A stretch of 29,270 nt of DNA from a virus (lineage: Duplodnaviria; Caudoviricetes), in IMG/VR virus record IMGVR_UViG_3300033067_002027, positions 1 through 29,270 of that record; one strand, written 5' to 3'. The position numbers and the translations under genes are program-made. The first letter of the stretch is position 1. Every line of letters begins with the position of its first letter. Below the pieces are notes generated by a model, which was given only the letters and a program-made list of their open reading frames with translations, made no database searches and had not been told where the DNA came from. Below are positions 7,707 through 15,267 of this stretch, in pieces.

Positions 7707-8725
7707 GATCGGTTTGCCTTCTTTGCCGCCAACAGCGACCGCAGCAGCTCAACGCCTGGGCATGAGGCGCATGCCCCAGCCACTTCACGCACATTGCATT
7801 TTTGGCAGATCGAGTCGGCGTTCTGACTGATCAGCAACCATGCCGGCTCGGTATGCCCACCCAGCTGACTCACGCGAGTGTCACAGGTCGAGCACATGTT
7901 GCGGGCAGCATCGCGCAGCGCTGCAACATTGGCTGTGCCACTCACTGGCATCGTGACATCGGCCTTCATCTGCGCACGCGATCGCATTGGCCCACCGGGC
8001 ATACTGTCTTCGAGTGCCTCTATCGTTTTTGAGGGCCGACCACGCTTGCGTGCTGCCACGCTGTTCTGGCCAAGGCGCTGCGCGGCCTTTTTGCAAGCCA
8101 GGACAATTGCCCCAATGCTGGCCCGATCCTTGGCTAGACGATTGGCCAACTGAATGCGGATCTCTGCATCAGGCACCGACATCAATGCATCGGCAGATCG
8201 CTTATCGCTCGGCAGTTCGCCGGCTGCGATGAGCGCCTGCAACTCATCGTCGAGCTCGAGCAGGCGCAACCGCGACGAGATCCGAATCGGCGCCACACCG
8301 CTGCGCCGGGCAACCTCCATGTGAGACAAATGCTCTTGGGTGATAAGCAAGCGATAGTGCAGCGCCTCGCTGATTGGATCAGGGTCTTCACGCAGAAAGT
8401 TGACCGTGACCATCGCCAGCATTTGATCGGCGAGATCCGCTGACACAATCTTGCATTCGAGCATCGGGCAGGCCGCGCCGAGAGACTGCGCGGCGCGGTG
8501 CCTGCGATTGCCATCGATGACGACATAGACATCGAGCTCGCTGGTCGGCGTCACAATGAGTGGTTGCCATACGCCGCCGTTGCTCTGAATACTGTTGGCC
8601 AACTCGCGAATGCCATCAGCTGGGTACACTCGGCGAATGTTCTGCGGATGGGTGCGCAGCTGATGCACGCTCAATCGGCGGAAGTCCTCAGCGATAGCGG
8701 GTGAGGGGGAAAGGGTGATGGTCAT
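7703..8725 (-). CDS. parB: ParB/RepB/Spo0J family protein with C-terminal Cys-rich domain
   Basis: ELANSIQSNGGVWQPLIV, IDGNRRHRAA, NFLRED.DPISEA, HTH SHMEVARRSGV; tail with CSTC, CQKC, CASCP; AGGAG RBS. Confidence 0.85.
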   Translation of the reverse strand: MTITLSPSPAIAEDFRRLSVHQLRTHPQNIRRVYPADGIRELANSIQSNGGVWQPLIVTPTSELDVYVVIDGNRRHRAAQSLGAACPMLECKIVSADLADQMLAMVTVNFLREDPDPISEALHYRLLITQEHLSHMEVARRSGVAPIRISSRLRLLELDDELQALIAAGELPSDKRSADALMSVPDAEIRIQLANRLAKDRASIGAIVLACKKAAQRLGQNSVAARKRGRPSKTIEALEDSMPGGPMRSRAQMKADVTMPVSGTANVAALRDAARNMCSTCDTRVSQLGGHTEPAWLLISQNADSICQKCNVREVAGACASCPGVELLRSLLAAKKANRS

Positions 8726-8740
8726 CTTTGTTGTCTCCTA

Positions 8741-9238
8741 TCAAAATAGGCTCGCCTGTTCAGGCTTGCCATCTTCATCGCTTTGCAGGGCCGCCGGCGG
8801 CATGTCATCGGCGGTGATCACCCACTTCACACCATGCCACTGGTTGAGCTCGCCCTCAGCAATCGTCGCGCCCTCGGCCTTGCTACAGCGCAGGCCTGCA
8901 CCTTTGATGTGCTTCTCAAATGTCGGCGACTCTGCCCCCTGCAATGGGCCATTGGGCCGTAGCGCATACAGTGTGTGCGTCTTGGGACACCACCACAGCT
9001 CGGCCCCACCGGAGAGGTGGACGGTGATGTATTCGGCCCCATCGATGATTGCCTTGCGCGCGCCGGCACCATTGCGCACGAGGTCATTGATGCACTGGGC
9101 GAGATACCCACCTGCGGCGCTATAGCCATGCTTGGGATTGATATTGTCAAAACGTCGCCAGCTCATCTTGTTGGTGGGCTGGCTGGCGTTGCGTGGGCTG
9201 AAGCCGAAGCCGAGATCCTTGGGTGAGCTCATGATCAT
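8741..9238 (-). CDS. hypothetical protein
   Basis: Start reassigned to ATG 9238, which gives an ATGA overlap with the upstream stop and a GAGG RBS; ends EQASLF (QxxLF, resembles a beta-clamp-binding motif). Confidence 0.65.
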   Translation of the reverse strand: MIMSSPKDLGFGFSPRNASQPTNKMSWRRFDNINPKHGYSAAGGYLAQCINDLVRNGAGARKAIIDGAEYITVHLSGGAELWWCPKTHTLYALRPNGPLQGAESPTFEKHIKGAGLRCSKAEGATIAEGELNQWHGVKWVITADDMPPAALQSDEDGKPEQASLF

Positions 9239-9681
9239 GCCAGCGCGAACGCTGCCTCCTCTTGGCACTTGCGCAGCAACTCGGCCTCGCATTCGGGGCA
9301 GTAGTGCGCAACTGGATAATGGCCTGTGCTGAAATGTGGCGTCGGACTGATGCGGTCAAGCGCGTTATCGTGCAGCCATCCGCCGCCAATCACGCTTTGC
9401 GTGAAATACGGGTGAGAGGTGATGCAATACGTGCCAACATCTACGCCAGCGTCGTCATCAGAGACGATCAGTAGCCCGCCAACACGCCCCTGAAACTCAG
9501 CAGGGTAGTAATTCATGCACTTGCTACATTCCGTCTCATAAAGCTCGGTGTAACAGTCGCTGCAAATGACCTCGCCTTCTTCAATGCCGGCGTTATCTTC
9601 GTGGGTGTAATGAGCATCGCAGAACTCACCTTCCGTTTCTAGCTCATTGCCGCAGTAGTTACATTCACGAATAGCGCTCAT
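9235..9681 (-). CDS. zinc-finger (multiple CxxC) protein
   Basis: Start at ATG 9681 (ATGA overlap, GAGG RBS); CNYC, CSDC, CSKC, CPEC motifs. Confidence 0.7.
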   Translation of the reverse strand: MSAIRECNYCGNELETEGEFCDAHYTHEDNAGIEEGEVICSDCYTELYETECSKCMNYYPAEFQGRVGGLLIVSDDDAGVDVGTYCITSHPYFTQSVIGGGWLHDNALDRISPTPHFSTGHYPVAHYCPECEAELLRKCQEEAAFALA

Positions 9682-9992
9682 GGGTGCACCTCGATGCCGC
9701 GTCGCATGTTCAGGGCAAGGCGCAACAAATGCCCAAACAGCTTGGACACTGCTTCTACTCGCGCCATGTCCATGTCTGACCGCTCGCAGGTCTGCGACCA
9801 CTCTTCACCACCTGCATCGGCAAATGCAGTTGCGCGGTAAACTGCGCGCCCATGCTCGCGATATTGGTCAATGCGCACGCAATCGTCGTAGATTTCATTC
9901 CAGTCGATATTGCGCACATCGTCGAGAAATTTCGTTTGCGCCACGATCGTCGACGTTTCGGGCGAGTCGAATGTGATTGGAGGTGTAGTCAC
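9678..9992 (-). CDS. hypothetical protein (104 aa)
   Basis: GTGA overlap with the upstream gene. Confidence 0.65.
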   Translation of the reverse strand: MTTPPITFDSPETSTIVAQTKFLDDVRNIDWNEIYDDCVRIDQYREHGRAVYRATAFADAGGEEWSQTCERSDMDMARVEAVSKLFGHLLRLALNMRRGIEVHP

Positions 9993-10345
9993 GATTGCAC
10001 CGCCATCGCCGCCTTGATGTCTTCGATCAGCTGGGCATACGCCTCACCGGTGCACCCAGCATCGGCATCGAGCACGCGCTGCAGCAACACGCCACACGCC
10101 TTGAGCTTCAGCGCCACTGCATCGCGCTCAATCTGCGCATTGGTGCGCGCTTCGCGCTCAACTTCGTAATCGCGAAATAGATCCATGTATGCACCGGTGT
10201 CGGCTCGAATCTGTGCCTTAAGCTGCTTCACCTCGCTAATAAAGGCCGTGATGCGCATTTGCATATTGCGCTGGCCATCAGTCGTGAGGTCGGTCGAATC
10301 GACGGTGATATTCACGGCACCGTCACCGGGTTGAGTTGGGGTCAT
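9989..10345 (-). CDS. hypothetical coiled-coil protein
   Basis: Abuts the stop of the replication gene; helical composition. Confidence 0.65.
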   Translation of the reverse strand: MTPTQPGDGAVNITVDSTDLTTDGQRNMQMRITAFISEVKQLKAQIRADTGAYMDLFRDYEVEREARTNAQIERDAVALKLKACGVLLQRVLDADAGCTGEAYAQLIEDIKAAMAVQS

Positions 10346-11089
10346 TTATTCCCTCATGAACTCAGTGAGGGCCGATTGCCCTGACTGAGAAATCGCGTTC
10401 CACTTGGTGCGAGCTCGGTTGATAAACATGGCCAGCCGCTGCTCGATTGTTTTGTGCTTGTATTTGGCCTCATCCATGCAGCGGGTGTATTCCATGACCA
10501 GCCATAAAAGGCCATCTTTCACCCCGCCAAACTTGGTGGCTAACTCGCTTCTGACCGGCTCATTGATTCCGCGCTGCACCAAAAAAGAATGTGTTCGCTT
10601 GACCGGATCGGCATCATCCGCGTCGTTTTGCGCGCCATCGGCGCAAGAAAAAGAAGAAGATGATGGTTGTACTGATGGTTCTAAGGATGGTTTGGGTGAC
10701 ATAGCTATGTCACCCCTCCCTGTCGAAAATGTCACCCCTGATGTCTCAGATGTCACCCCTAACGCTATTTGCAGGGGTGACACAGTGTCACCCCTCTTTT
10801 TGAATGTGAAAGGAGGCTTGGGCGGATAGACAGTCAAGACCACGCGATACGTCGTTGGTTGGTCATGCGTTGCGTCGCGTGTAATCCTGAGAGCCGTCTT
10901 CTTAACCAGCTCCTGCACAATGCGTTTGATATGGCGTTCTGAAATATCGGTCTTCCATGCGATCCGTGCGATTGATGGCCGGGCGTTGTAGCCTTGGTCA
11001 TCGGCGTGATCGCAGAACACTAACAGCACCTCGCGTTCACTGCGTGGGATCTGCCGAGTCCAGCATTCGGACATCAGGCGGATGCTCAT
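10346..11089 (-). CDS. phage replication initiator (N-terminal winged HTH, lambda O-like organisation)
   Basis: MSIRLMSECW...VLLVFCDHADDQG..ARPSIARIAWKTDISERHIKRIVQEL; low-complexity linker encoded by iterons; EPSVQPS motif. Confidence 0.85.
   Translation of the reverse strand: MSIRLMSECWTRQIPRSEREVLLVFCDHADDQGYNARPSIARIAWKTDISERHIKRIVQELVKKTALRITRDATHDQPTTYRVVLTVYPPKPPFTFKKRGDTVSPLQIALGVTSETSGVTFSTGRGDIAMSPKPSLEPSVQPSSSSFSCADGAQNDADDADPVKRTHSFLVQRGINEPVRSELATKFGGVKDGLLWLVMEYTRCMDEAKYKHKTIEQRLAMFINRARTKWNAISQSGQSALTEFMRE
10694..10795. repeat. putative replication origin iterons (TGTCACCCCT) inside the initiator gene
   Basis: ATGTCACCCCT at 10707, 10729, 10750, TGTCACCCCT at 10786; inverted copies at 10694 and 10773 form palindromes; A/T runs on both sides. 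Confidence 0.8.
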
Positions 11090-11494
11090 CTAGCGTCCAG
11101 CCTCCACGCGAACGGTCTTCACCATTGAGCGCACCCGGCCAACACACTCATACACTGGCTGCGCAGCCGTGGCCCAGTGGTCGCCAGCGCGGAAAGGCTT
11201 CAGCCAGTGGTAGAGCGCGAGGATCTCGCAATCGGCCAGCATGTTGAAGCCGTCGACGCCAAACAAGGCCTTGGCGACCGCGTTGACTAGCTTTGGGGCA
11301 CCTTCGCCACACACAGTGGACAAGGCCCCGTAGACGGCCCGGCGGGTGTCTTGGGTGGCAATGCGATTGATGCGCGCCCAGTGGTTGGCGCTCAGGTCGA
11401 GGCCTTCCTTGTAGCAGGCGAAGGCATCTTGTGGAGCTTCGGGTGCCACTGGGGCGGCTTCGAGGATTTGGATGATTTGGGTTGTGCTTTGCAT
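11090..11494 (-). CDS. hypothetical protein (134 aa)
   Basis: Stop/start juxtaposition with both neighbours. Confidence 0.7.
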   Translation of the reverse strand: MQSTTQIIQILEAAPVAPEAPQDAFACYKEGLDLSANHWARINRIATQDTRRAVYGALSTVCGEGAPKLVNAVAKALFGVDGFNMLADCEILALYHWLKPFRAGDHWATAAQPVYECVGRVRSMVKTVRVEAGR

Positions 11495-12034
11495 TTAGTA
11501 GCGGGCCTCCAATGCGTCGGATGCTGCCAAATATTTCTCGGCAGGTAGTCGATCAACTTCCTCGGCAAATGGGCCGCCGAGATAGCTGATGACAATGTCA
11601 CGCGCAGCCTCAAATGACCAACACACAACAGCGGAATAGCCTGCCGCTAGCATGTCGCGCCTGAAATTGATCTGCTCGCGTGTCTGTTTATTGCGCCCCG
11701 CTTTCATCTCGATCCACAACCCATGCGAGTTGCCGCGTGGCACTGGTAGGAAGAGATCACTCACTCCGGGCTTGACGCCTTCGAGCTGCAACTTCCGGGC
11801 CGTGCTCTTCGAGCGCAGCCCCCCGTTGGGGATGGCCATGAGCCATTTGAGTTCAGGGCAACGTGTCTCGTTCTCTTTGGCCCAGGCGATGAGTGAGACC
11901 TGCTCGCCGTGCTCAGTGTGGGCGATGCCGGCACCGTGATTGGTGCCGGCCGGGATCTCGTTAGCGATGACTGTGCGGGCGCGCGGCTTACTCTGCCGGC
12001 GACCCGCGGTGAGTGCGGATAGTCGAGTGGTCAT
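11495..12034 (-). CDS. VRR-NUC domain nuclease (putative Holliday junction resolvase)
   Basis: EHGEQ, AIPNGGLR, EGVKPGVSDLFL, LWIEMKA, EQINF; start at ATG 12034 (ATGA overlap, GAGG RBS). Confidence 0.9.
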   Translation of the reverse strand: MTTRLSALTAGRRQSKPRARTVIANEIPAGTNHGAGIAHTEHGEQVSLIAWAKENETRCPELKWLMAIPNGGLRSKSTARKLQLEGVKPGVSDLFLPVPRGNSHGLWIEMKAGRNKQTREQINFRRDMLAAGYSAVVCWSFEAARDIVISYLGGPFAEEVDRLPAEKYLAASDALEARY

Positions 12035-12231
12035 GGTTGGGATACCTCGTGATAGGTGGTTCCTTGCTCGTCGCGCCAGCAGCTCAGCCCCTGCTCTCGC
12101 GCAGCCTTGGGATTTGATGCGCAGGTCTGGGAGCTGCAGCTGGTCAGGGCCAGTGCGATGGCGACCAACAGGCACACGAAGAATGCGAACACGATGCTCA
12201 TGGCGGCGGAGGTTTGTTTTGGCGTTGGCAT
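12031..12231 (-). CDS. small putative lipoprotein
   Basis: Hydrophobic leader ending LALTSC (lipobox-like); GGAGG RBS; overlaps both neighbours. Confidence 0.6.
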   Translation of the reverse strand: MPTPKQTSAAMSIVFAFFVCLLVAIALALTSCSSQTCASNPKAAREQGLSCWRDEQGTTYHEVSQP

Positions 12232-12665
12232 CACTGCACCTCCACGGTGGCGACTGGTGCCGGTGCCGGTGGCATCGGTGGCTCGTTGACAAATGGCGTT
12301 GCGGTTGGGGTCGGATACGGCATCGAGCTCGAGCACTTGATGCGGCAGTCGCTGCTCACCACTGGCAGGTGGATCATGTTGGCTGCCGCGGTGGCCGGGG
12401 CAGCCGCACTCGCGTAGCTGGCAACGCCCAGCACAATCACGATGATGACGGTGAACAAACCTAGCCAGCGCAGGACCTGCACTGCGGCGGTGGTCGCACC
12501 TTTGTCGCCACCTTCATTGGTCCCGCGACGAACGTGGTCAGCGCCGCGCTGGGCGTTATCTGGGTCGACGCCGGCCTCGCGCAGGGTCATATACGTCTGG
12601 AATTCGTTGAGCACGGCTTGGGGTGTGTCGGTTGTGTTATTGTTGTTTGCAGACATGGTGTTCAT
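12231..12665 (-). CDS. single-TM protein with IHLPVV motif and Pro/Thr tail
   Basis: TM WLGLFTVIIVIVLGV; IHLPVV; PTPTATP. Confidence 0.7.
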   Translation of the reverse strand: MNTMSANNNNTTDTPQAVLNEFQTYMTLREAGVDPDNAQRGADHVRRGTNEGGDKGATTAAVQVLRWLGLFTVIIVIVLGVASYASAAAPATAAANMIHLPVVSSDCRIKCSSSMPYPTPTATPFVNEPPMPPAPAPVATVEVQ

Positions 12666-12680
12666 CTCACTGTGTCTATT

Positions 12681-12713
12681 GCGAGCGAGTGATGTATCAG
12701 ATCACTCGCTCGC
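12681..12713. repeat. intergenic hairpin, 13-bp perfect stem
   Basis: GCGAGCGAGTGAT-GTATCAG-ATCACTCGCTCGC. Confidence 0.7.
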
Positions 12714-12721
12714 GCTTGTTT

Positions 12722-13351
12722 TCAAGCCGCTGGCGACGACGCGCAGTTGAGGCCGCCAGCGGTGGTGTTTGCTTTGCTTTGCGAATTTGTTTTTTGAACA
12801 GGAGCAGTCTGAGGCTCAGCCGCTGCGCTCGGCTGAGATGCGCGCGCCGCACGTCGACCGAAGAGGGCGACATACAGCGTGGCCAATACGCCAAACCGAT
12901 CGGTACACCATGTGGAAGTGGTGTGGACCGAGGGGATGGGCTTGGCGGAATTGGTTAGATTGGGTGTGCCCGCTGGCGTCGGTGATTGCGGCCCGTTGAT
13001 CATCTCGGCCAAAGCGGTAGCGAGTTCGTGACTGGCTATGAGCCCGCTCATGCAGTGGCCCCATGCGCCGTAAGCCTTGGTGGTGATGACCAAACGCCAA
13101 TGGCCTGCGGATCGTTGGCTCTGCACCACGAATGCCCGGAAGGTCACTGTGGTGGGGAGATTGGCGATCGCTACGGCATCATCGCGCAGCACTGCGGCCA
13201 AGGCATCGCGGGCGATGTCGTTAAGCAGGCGCGAGGCTGGCAGTCGCCTGGGTGCCGCATTGCGGCGGTCAAGGGCGGTCTCGGTAGCCAAGATGGCGAT
13301 CTCGCGCTTGTTGCCGGCGGCGTGACGGCCGAGGGGTGATGTTTGTGTCAT
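12722..13351 (-). CDS. hypothetical protein (209 aa)
   Basis: AAGGAGG RBS; ATGA overlap. Confidence 0.65.
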   Translation of the reverse strand: MTQTSPLGRHAAGNKREIAILATETALDRRNAAPRRLPASRLLNDIARDALAAVLRDDAVAIANLPTTVTFRAFVVQSQRSAGHWRLVITTKAYGAWGHCMSGLIASHELATALAEMINGPQSPTPAGTPNLTNSAKPIPSVHTTSTWCTDRFGVLATLYVALFGRRAARASQPSAAAEPQTAPVQKTNSQSKANTTAGGLNCASSPAA

Positions 13352-13641
13352 GATTGGATGGCCTCCTTGGCGGCTTGGGTTGGGGCCGTAGTGCAGCCAG
13401 ACAACCTTGTTGATGCGGTATTGGTCGGTGCGTAGAAGTCGCCGTTGACCGCAAGCGGGGCCACGGTGCCGCCGGATCGGGTGGCCGATGCGCCATTGCC
13501 TGCGGTGGCATAGCTTGTGGCCATCAGCATGCTGGCTGGTCGGCGAGAGTGGCCACCATTGCGGCGGCGTGATGCTCGGCGGCGTTCGCAGCGTTCACAG
13601 TGACAGCGCTCGCCCCACTTGCGATTTGGGCACTTGTTCAC
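13348..13641 (-). CDS. hypothetical protein with Cys/Arg-rich N-terminus
   Basis: GGAGG RBS; GTGA overlap; CHCERC motif. Confidence 0.6.
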   Translation of the reverse strand: MNKCPNRKWGERCHCERCERRRASRRRNGGHSRRPASMLMATSYATAGNGASATRSGGTVAPLAVNGDFYAPTNTASTRLSGCTTAPTQAAKEAIQS

Positions 13642-14207
13642 GCTGCACCTCCAACCAACGATGTGGCGGGCAGGGCATCATTGATGGCATCGAGCAGGCG
13701 GCTGAGCGCGCTCATGGTGTTTTCGCCATCGATGAAGGATTGGAGGGTGCCGCGGGCCTGCTCCAGCACCACGGTCTGGCGCTCGTTCTCAAATAGCACA
13801 TGCGCACCGAAGTCATGGGCACTGGTGGTGCGGCACTGCTCGTTCAGGCTGTTGATCTGGCGCTCGAGCTCGGGCAGGCTGGCCAACCCAGCCTTGAAGT
13901 TGGCAAACCAGTTGACCACGTTTAGGCCCAGCTCGCGCACTTGGGCGAGGGTGACCTGAGCGGCTTGCAGCTCGCCGGTGGCCGCCACTTCACGGGTGGC
14001 TACGTCGGCGAATATCGAAGCGCCGTCAAGGTCCTCGATTGGGTCGGGGTTGAAGGTGATTTCGTCGGTCTCAATGAGCTGGCCCTCGGCATGGGTGAGG
14101 GACTCTTCCCAGTCGGCTGGGACCGGGATTTGGGTGCGCGGAAAGGTCGCGCTGACCGTAGGTGGCTTGCGGAGAACGGTGTCTGATGCAATCTCGTGTA
14201 GGGACAT
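13638..14207 (-). CDS. hypothetical acidic/coiled-coil protein (189 aa)
   Basis: GGAGG RBS; second gene of the early operon. Confidence 0.7.
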   Translation of the reverse strand: MSLHEIASDTVLRKPPTVSATFPRTQIPVPADWEESLTHAEGQLIETDEITFNPDPIEDLDGASIFADVATREVAATGELQAAQVTLAQVRELGLNVVNWFANFKAGLASLPELERQINSLNEQCRTTSAHDFGAHVLFENERQTVVLEQARGTLQSFIDGENTMSALSRLLDAINDALPATSLVGGAA

Positions 14208-14356
14208 TTAGGGTAGCCTCCAGATGGAGAAATTTGGGTCTTGAATAGATCGCAATGAAGTTGCACAAATAGTTCGACATTTGTTTCGAAGCCCCCCGGC
14301 TTGTGATATATTCACAGCACTGAGGGCCGATGGGGTTAAACCTGTTGGTTCGAGAG

Positions 14357-14402
14357 AAAACGTCAGCGGTGTGCTTCCCAAATCACCCACGCTGGCGTTT
14401 TT
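14357..14402. terminator. bidirectional terminator-like hairpin after the RHH gene
   Basis: AAAACGTCAGCG...CGCTGGCGTTTTT: 10-bp stem with a T-run on both strands. Confidence 0.6.
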
Positions 14403-14404
14403 AT

Positions 14405-14602
14405 TTATCCAATAACCGCCTCCATCGATGCCGTGCGCTTCTCGTCAATCAGCTCGCGGATCACATCGCTCTTGCTGACGCCAGATTGCGCGGCGGTTTG
14501 CTCTAGCCATTTGATGTAGGAAGCACTTAGGCTTATTCCGGCGTTTTTAGCCTTGCCCCCCTTGGTCTTAAGGCGCTTCACGAACTCAGTTGCATCTTGC
14601 AT
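14405..14602 (-). CDS. ribbon-helix-helix (CopG/Arc-like) regulator in the Cro position
   Basis: KNAGISLSASYIKWLEQTAAQSGVSKSDVIRELI; ATG at 14602 with GGAG RBS; divergent from the repressor. Confidence 0.75.
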   Translation of the reverse strand: MQDATEFVKRLKTKGGKAKNAGISLSASYIKWLEQTAAQSGVSKSDVIRELIDEKRTASMEAVIG

Positions 14603-14611
14603 GGCATCTCC

Positions 14612-14659
14612 AAAATCACATTCAAGTGTGATTTTAGGGCGTTGACAAGAATTTGTCAA
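14612..14659. promoter_or_regulatory. two candidate operator palindromes in the genetic switch
   Basis: AAAATCACA-N6-TGTGATTTT (14612-14635) overlaps the -10; TTGACAA-GAAT-TTGTCAA (14642-14659) overlaps the -35. Confidence 0.65.
14631..14659 (-). promoter_or_regulatory. strong sigma70-type early promoter (leftward)
   Basis: TTGACA (14659-14654), 17-bp spacer, TAAAAT (14636-14631). Confidence 0.85.
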
Positions 14660-14717
14660 TATGGAATGTGAAAAGTATCTATGCAATGTGCTTACCTATA
14701 CTTTGATAGGGTTGTGA

Positions 14718-15170
14718 ATGGGAAGCACACCAAAGACGGTTACTCATTTTGAGGACTGGCTGCGTCGGCAGTTGCTTGAGAAGCACTGGCGCATAGCCGA
14801 CCTCGCACGCGAAATCGCTCGGCAGGAGGGCATTGCTGAGAGCGACGCCGAGGACTTTCGCCGCCGTGCCAAGTCCATACAGAACAATTTTTCAAATGTG
14901 TTCAATGGGCTTAGCAACTTGGGGTTTGAGTATGCGGCCAAAATCGCAGACGCATTGGGGTTGAAACCGGAAGAGGTAATGAAAGAGGCAGGACTAATCC
15001 GGCCCAATACGCAAGCCACCGAGTCTGACGCCCGCCGTAAGATCAATCAGCTAATTGAAATGCTAAGTCCGGAAGAGCAAGAGCAAGCCATTAAATTCTT
15101 GGAAGAGTTCACTGCGAAGCGCAAGGCCGAAATCAAAGCAGCATCTCAACGAAAGCTTAAGCGCAGCTGA
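14718..15170 (+). CDS. XRE-family HTH repressor (CI-like, no peptidase domain)
   Basis: FEDWLRRQL..KHWRIADLAREI ... FSNVFNG ... AKIADALGLKPEEVMKEAGL; divergent from the early operon; insertion within the HTH turn. Confidence 0.82.
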   Translation: MGSTPKTVTHFEDWLRRQLLEKHWRIADLAREIARQEGIAESDAEDFRRRAKSIQNNFSNVFNGLSNLGFEYAAKIADALGLKPEEVMKEAGLIRPNTQATESDARRKINQLIEMLSPEEQEQAIKFLEEFTAKRKAEIKAASQRKLKRS

Positions 15171-15267
15171 TTTATTGCGGCCGCAATAAGTCATCGCAGG
15201 TGATGCTCAGTCATCACAAACAACCAAATACATGGGGGGTCACATTTAAGAACACTGGAGGAATGGT

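Noticed and set aside
12035-12292. N-terminal extension of the VRR-NUC ORF
   Set aside because: Overlaps the small lipoprotein gene; ATG 12034 has an RBS and a stop/start overlap
14302-14316. TGTGA-N5-TCACA as a CRP or Rex box
   Set aside because: Spacer is one base shorter than the consensus; better explained by overlap with the extended -10
14290-14360. tRNA-like GGTTCGAG sequence
   Set aside because: No cloverleaf or acceptor stem can be built
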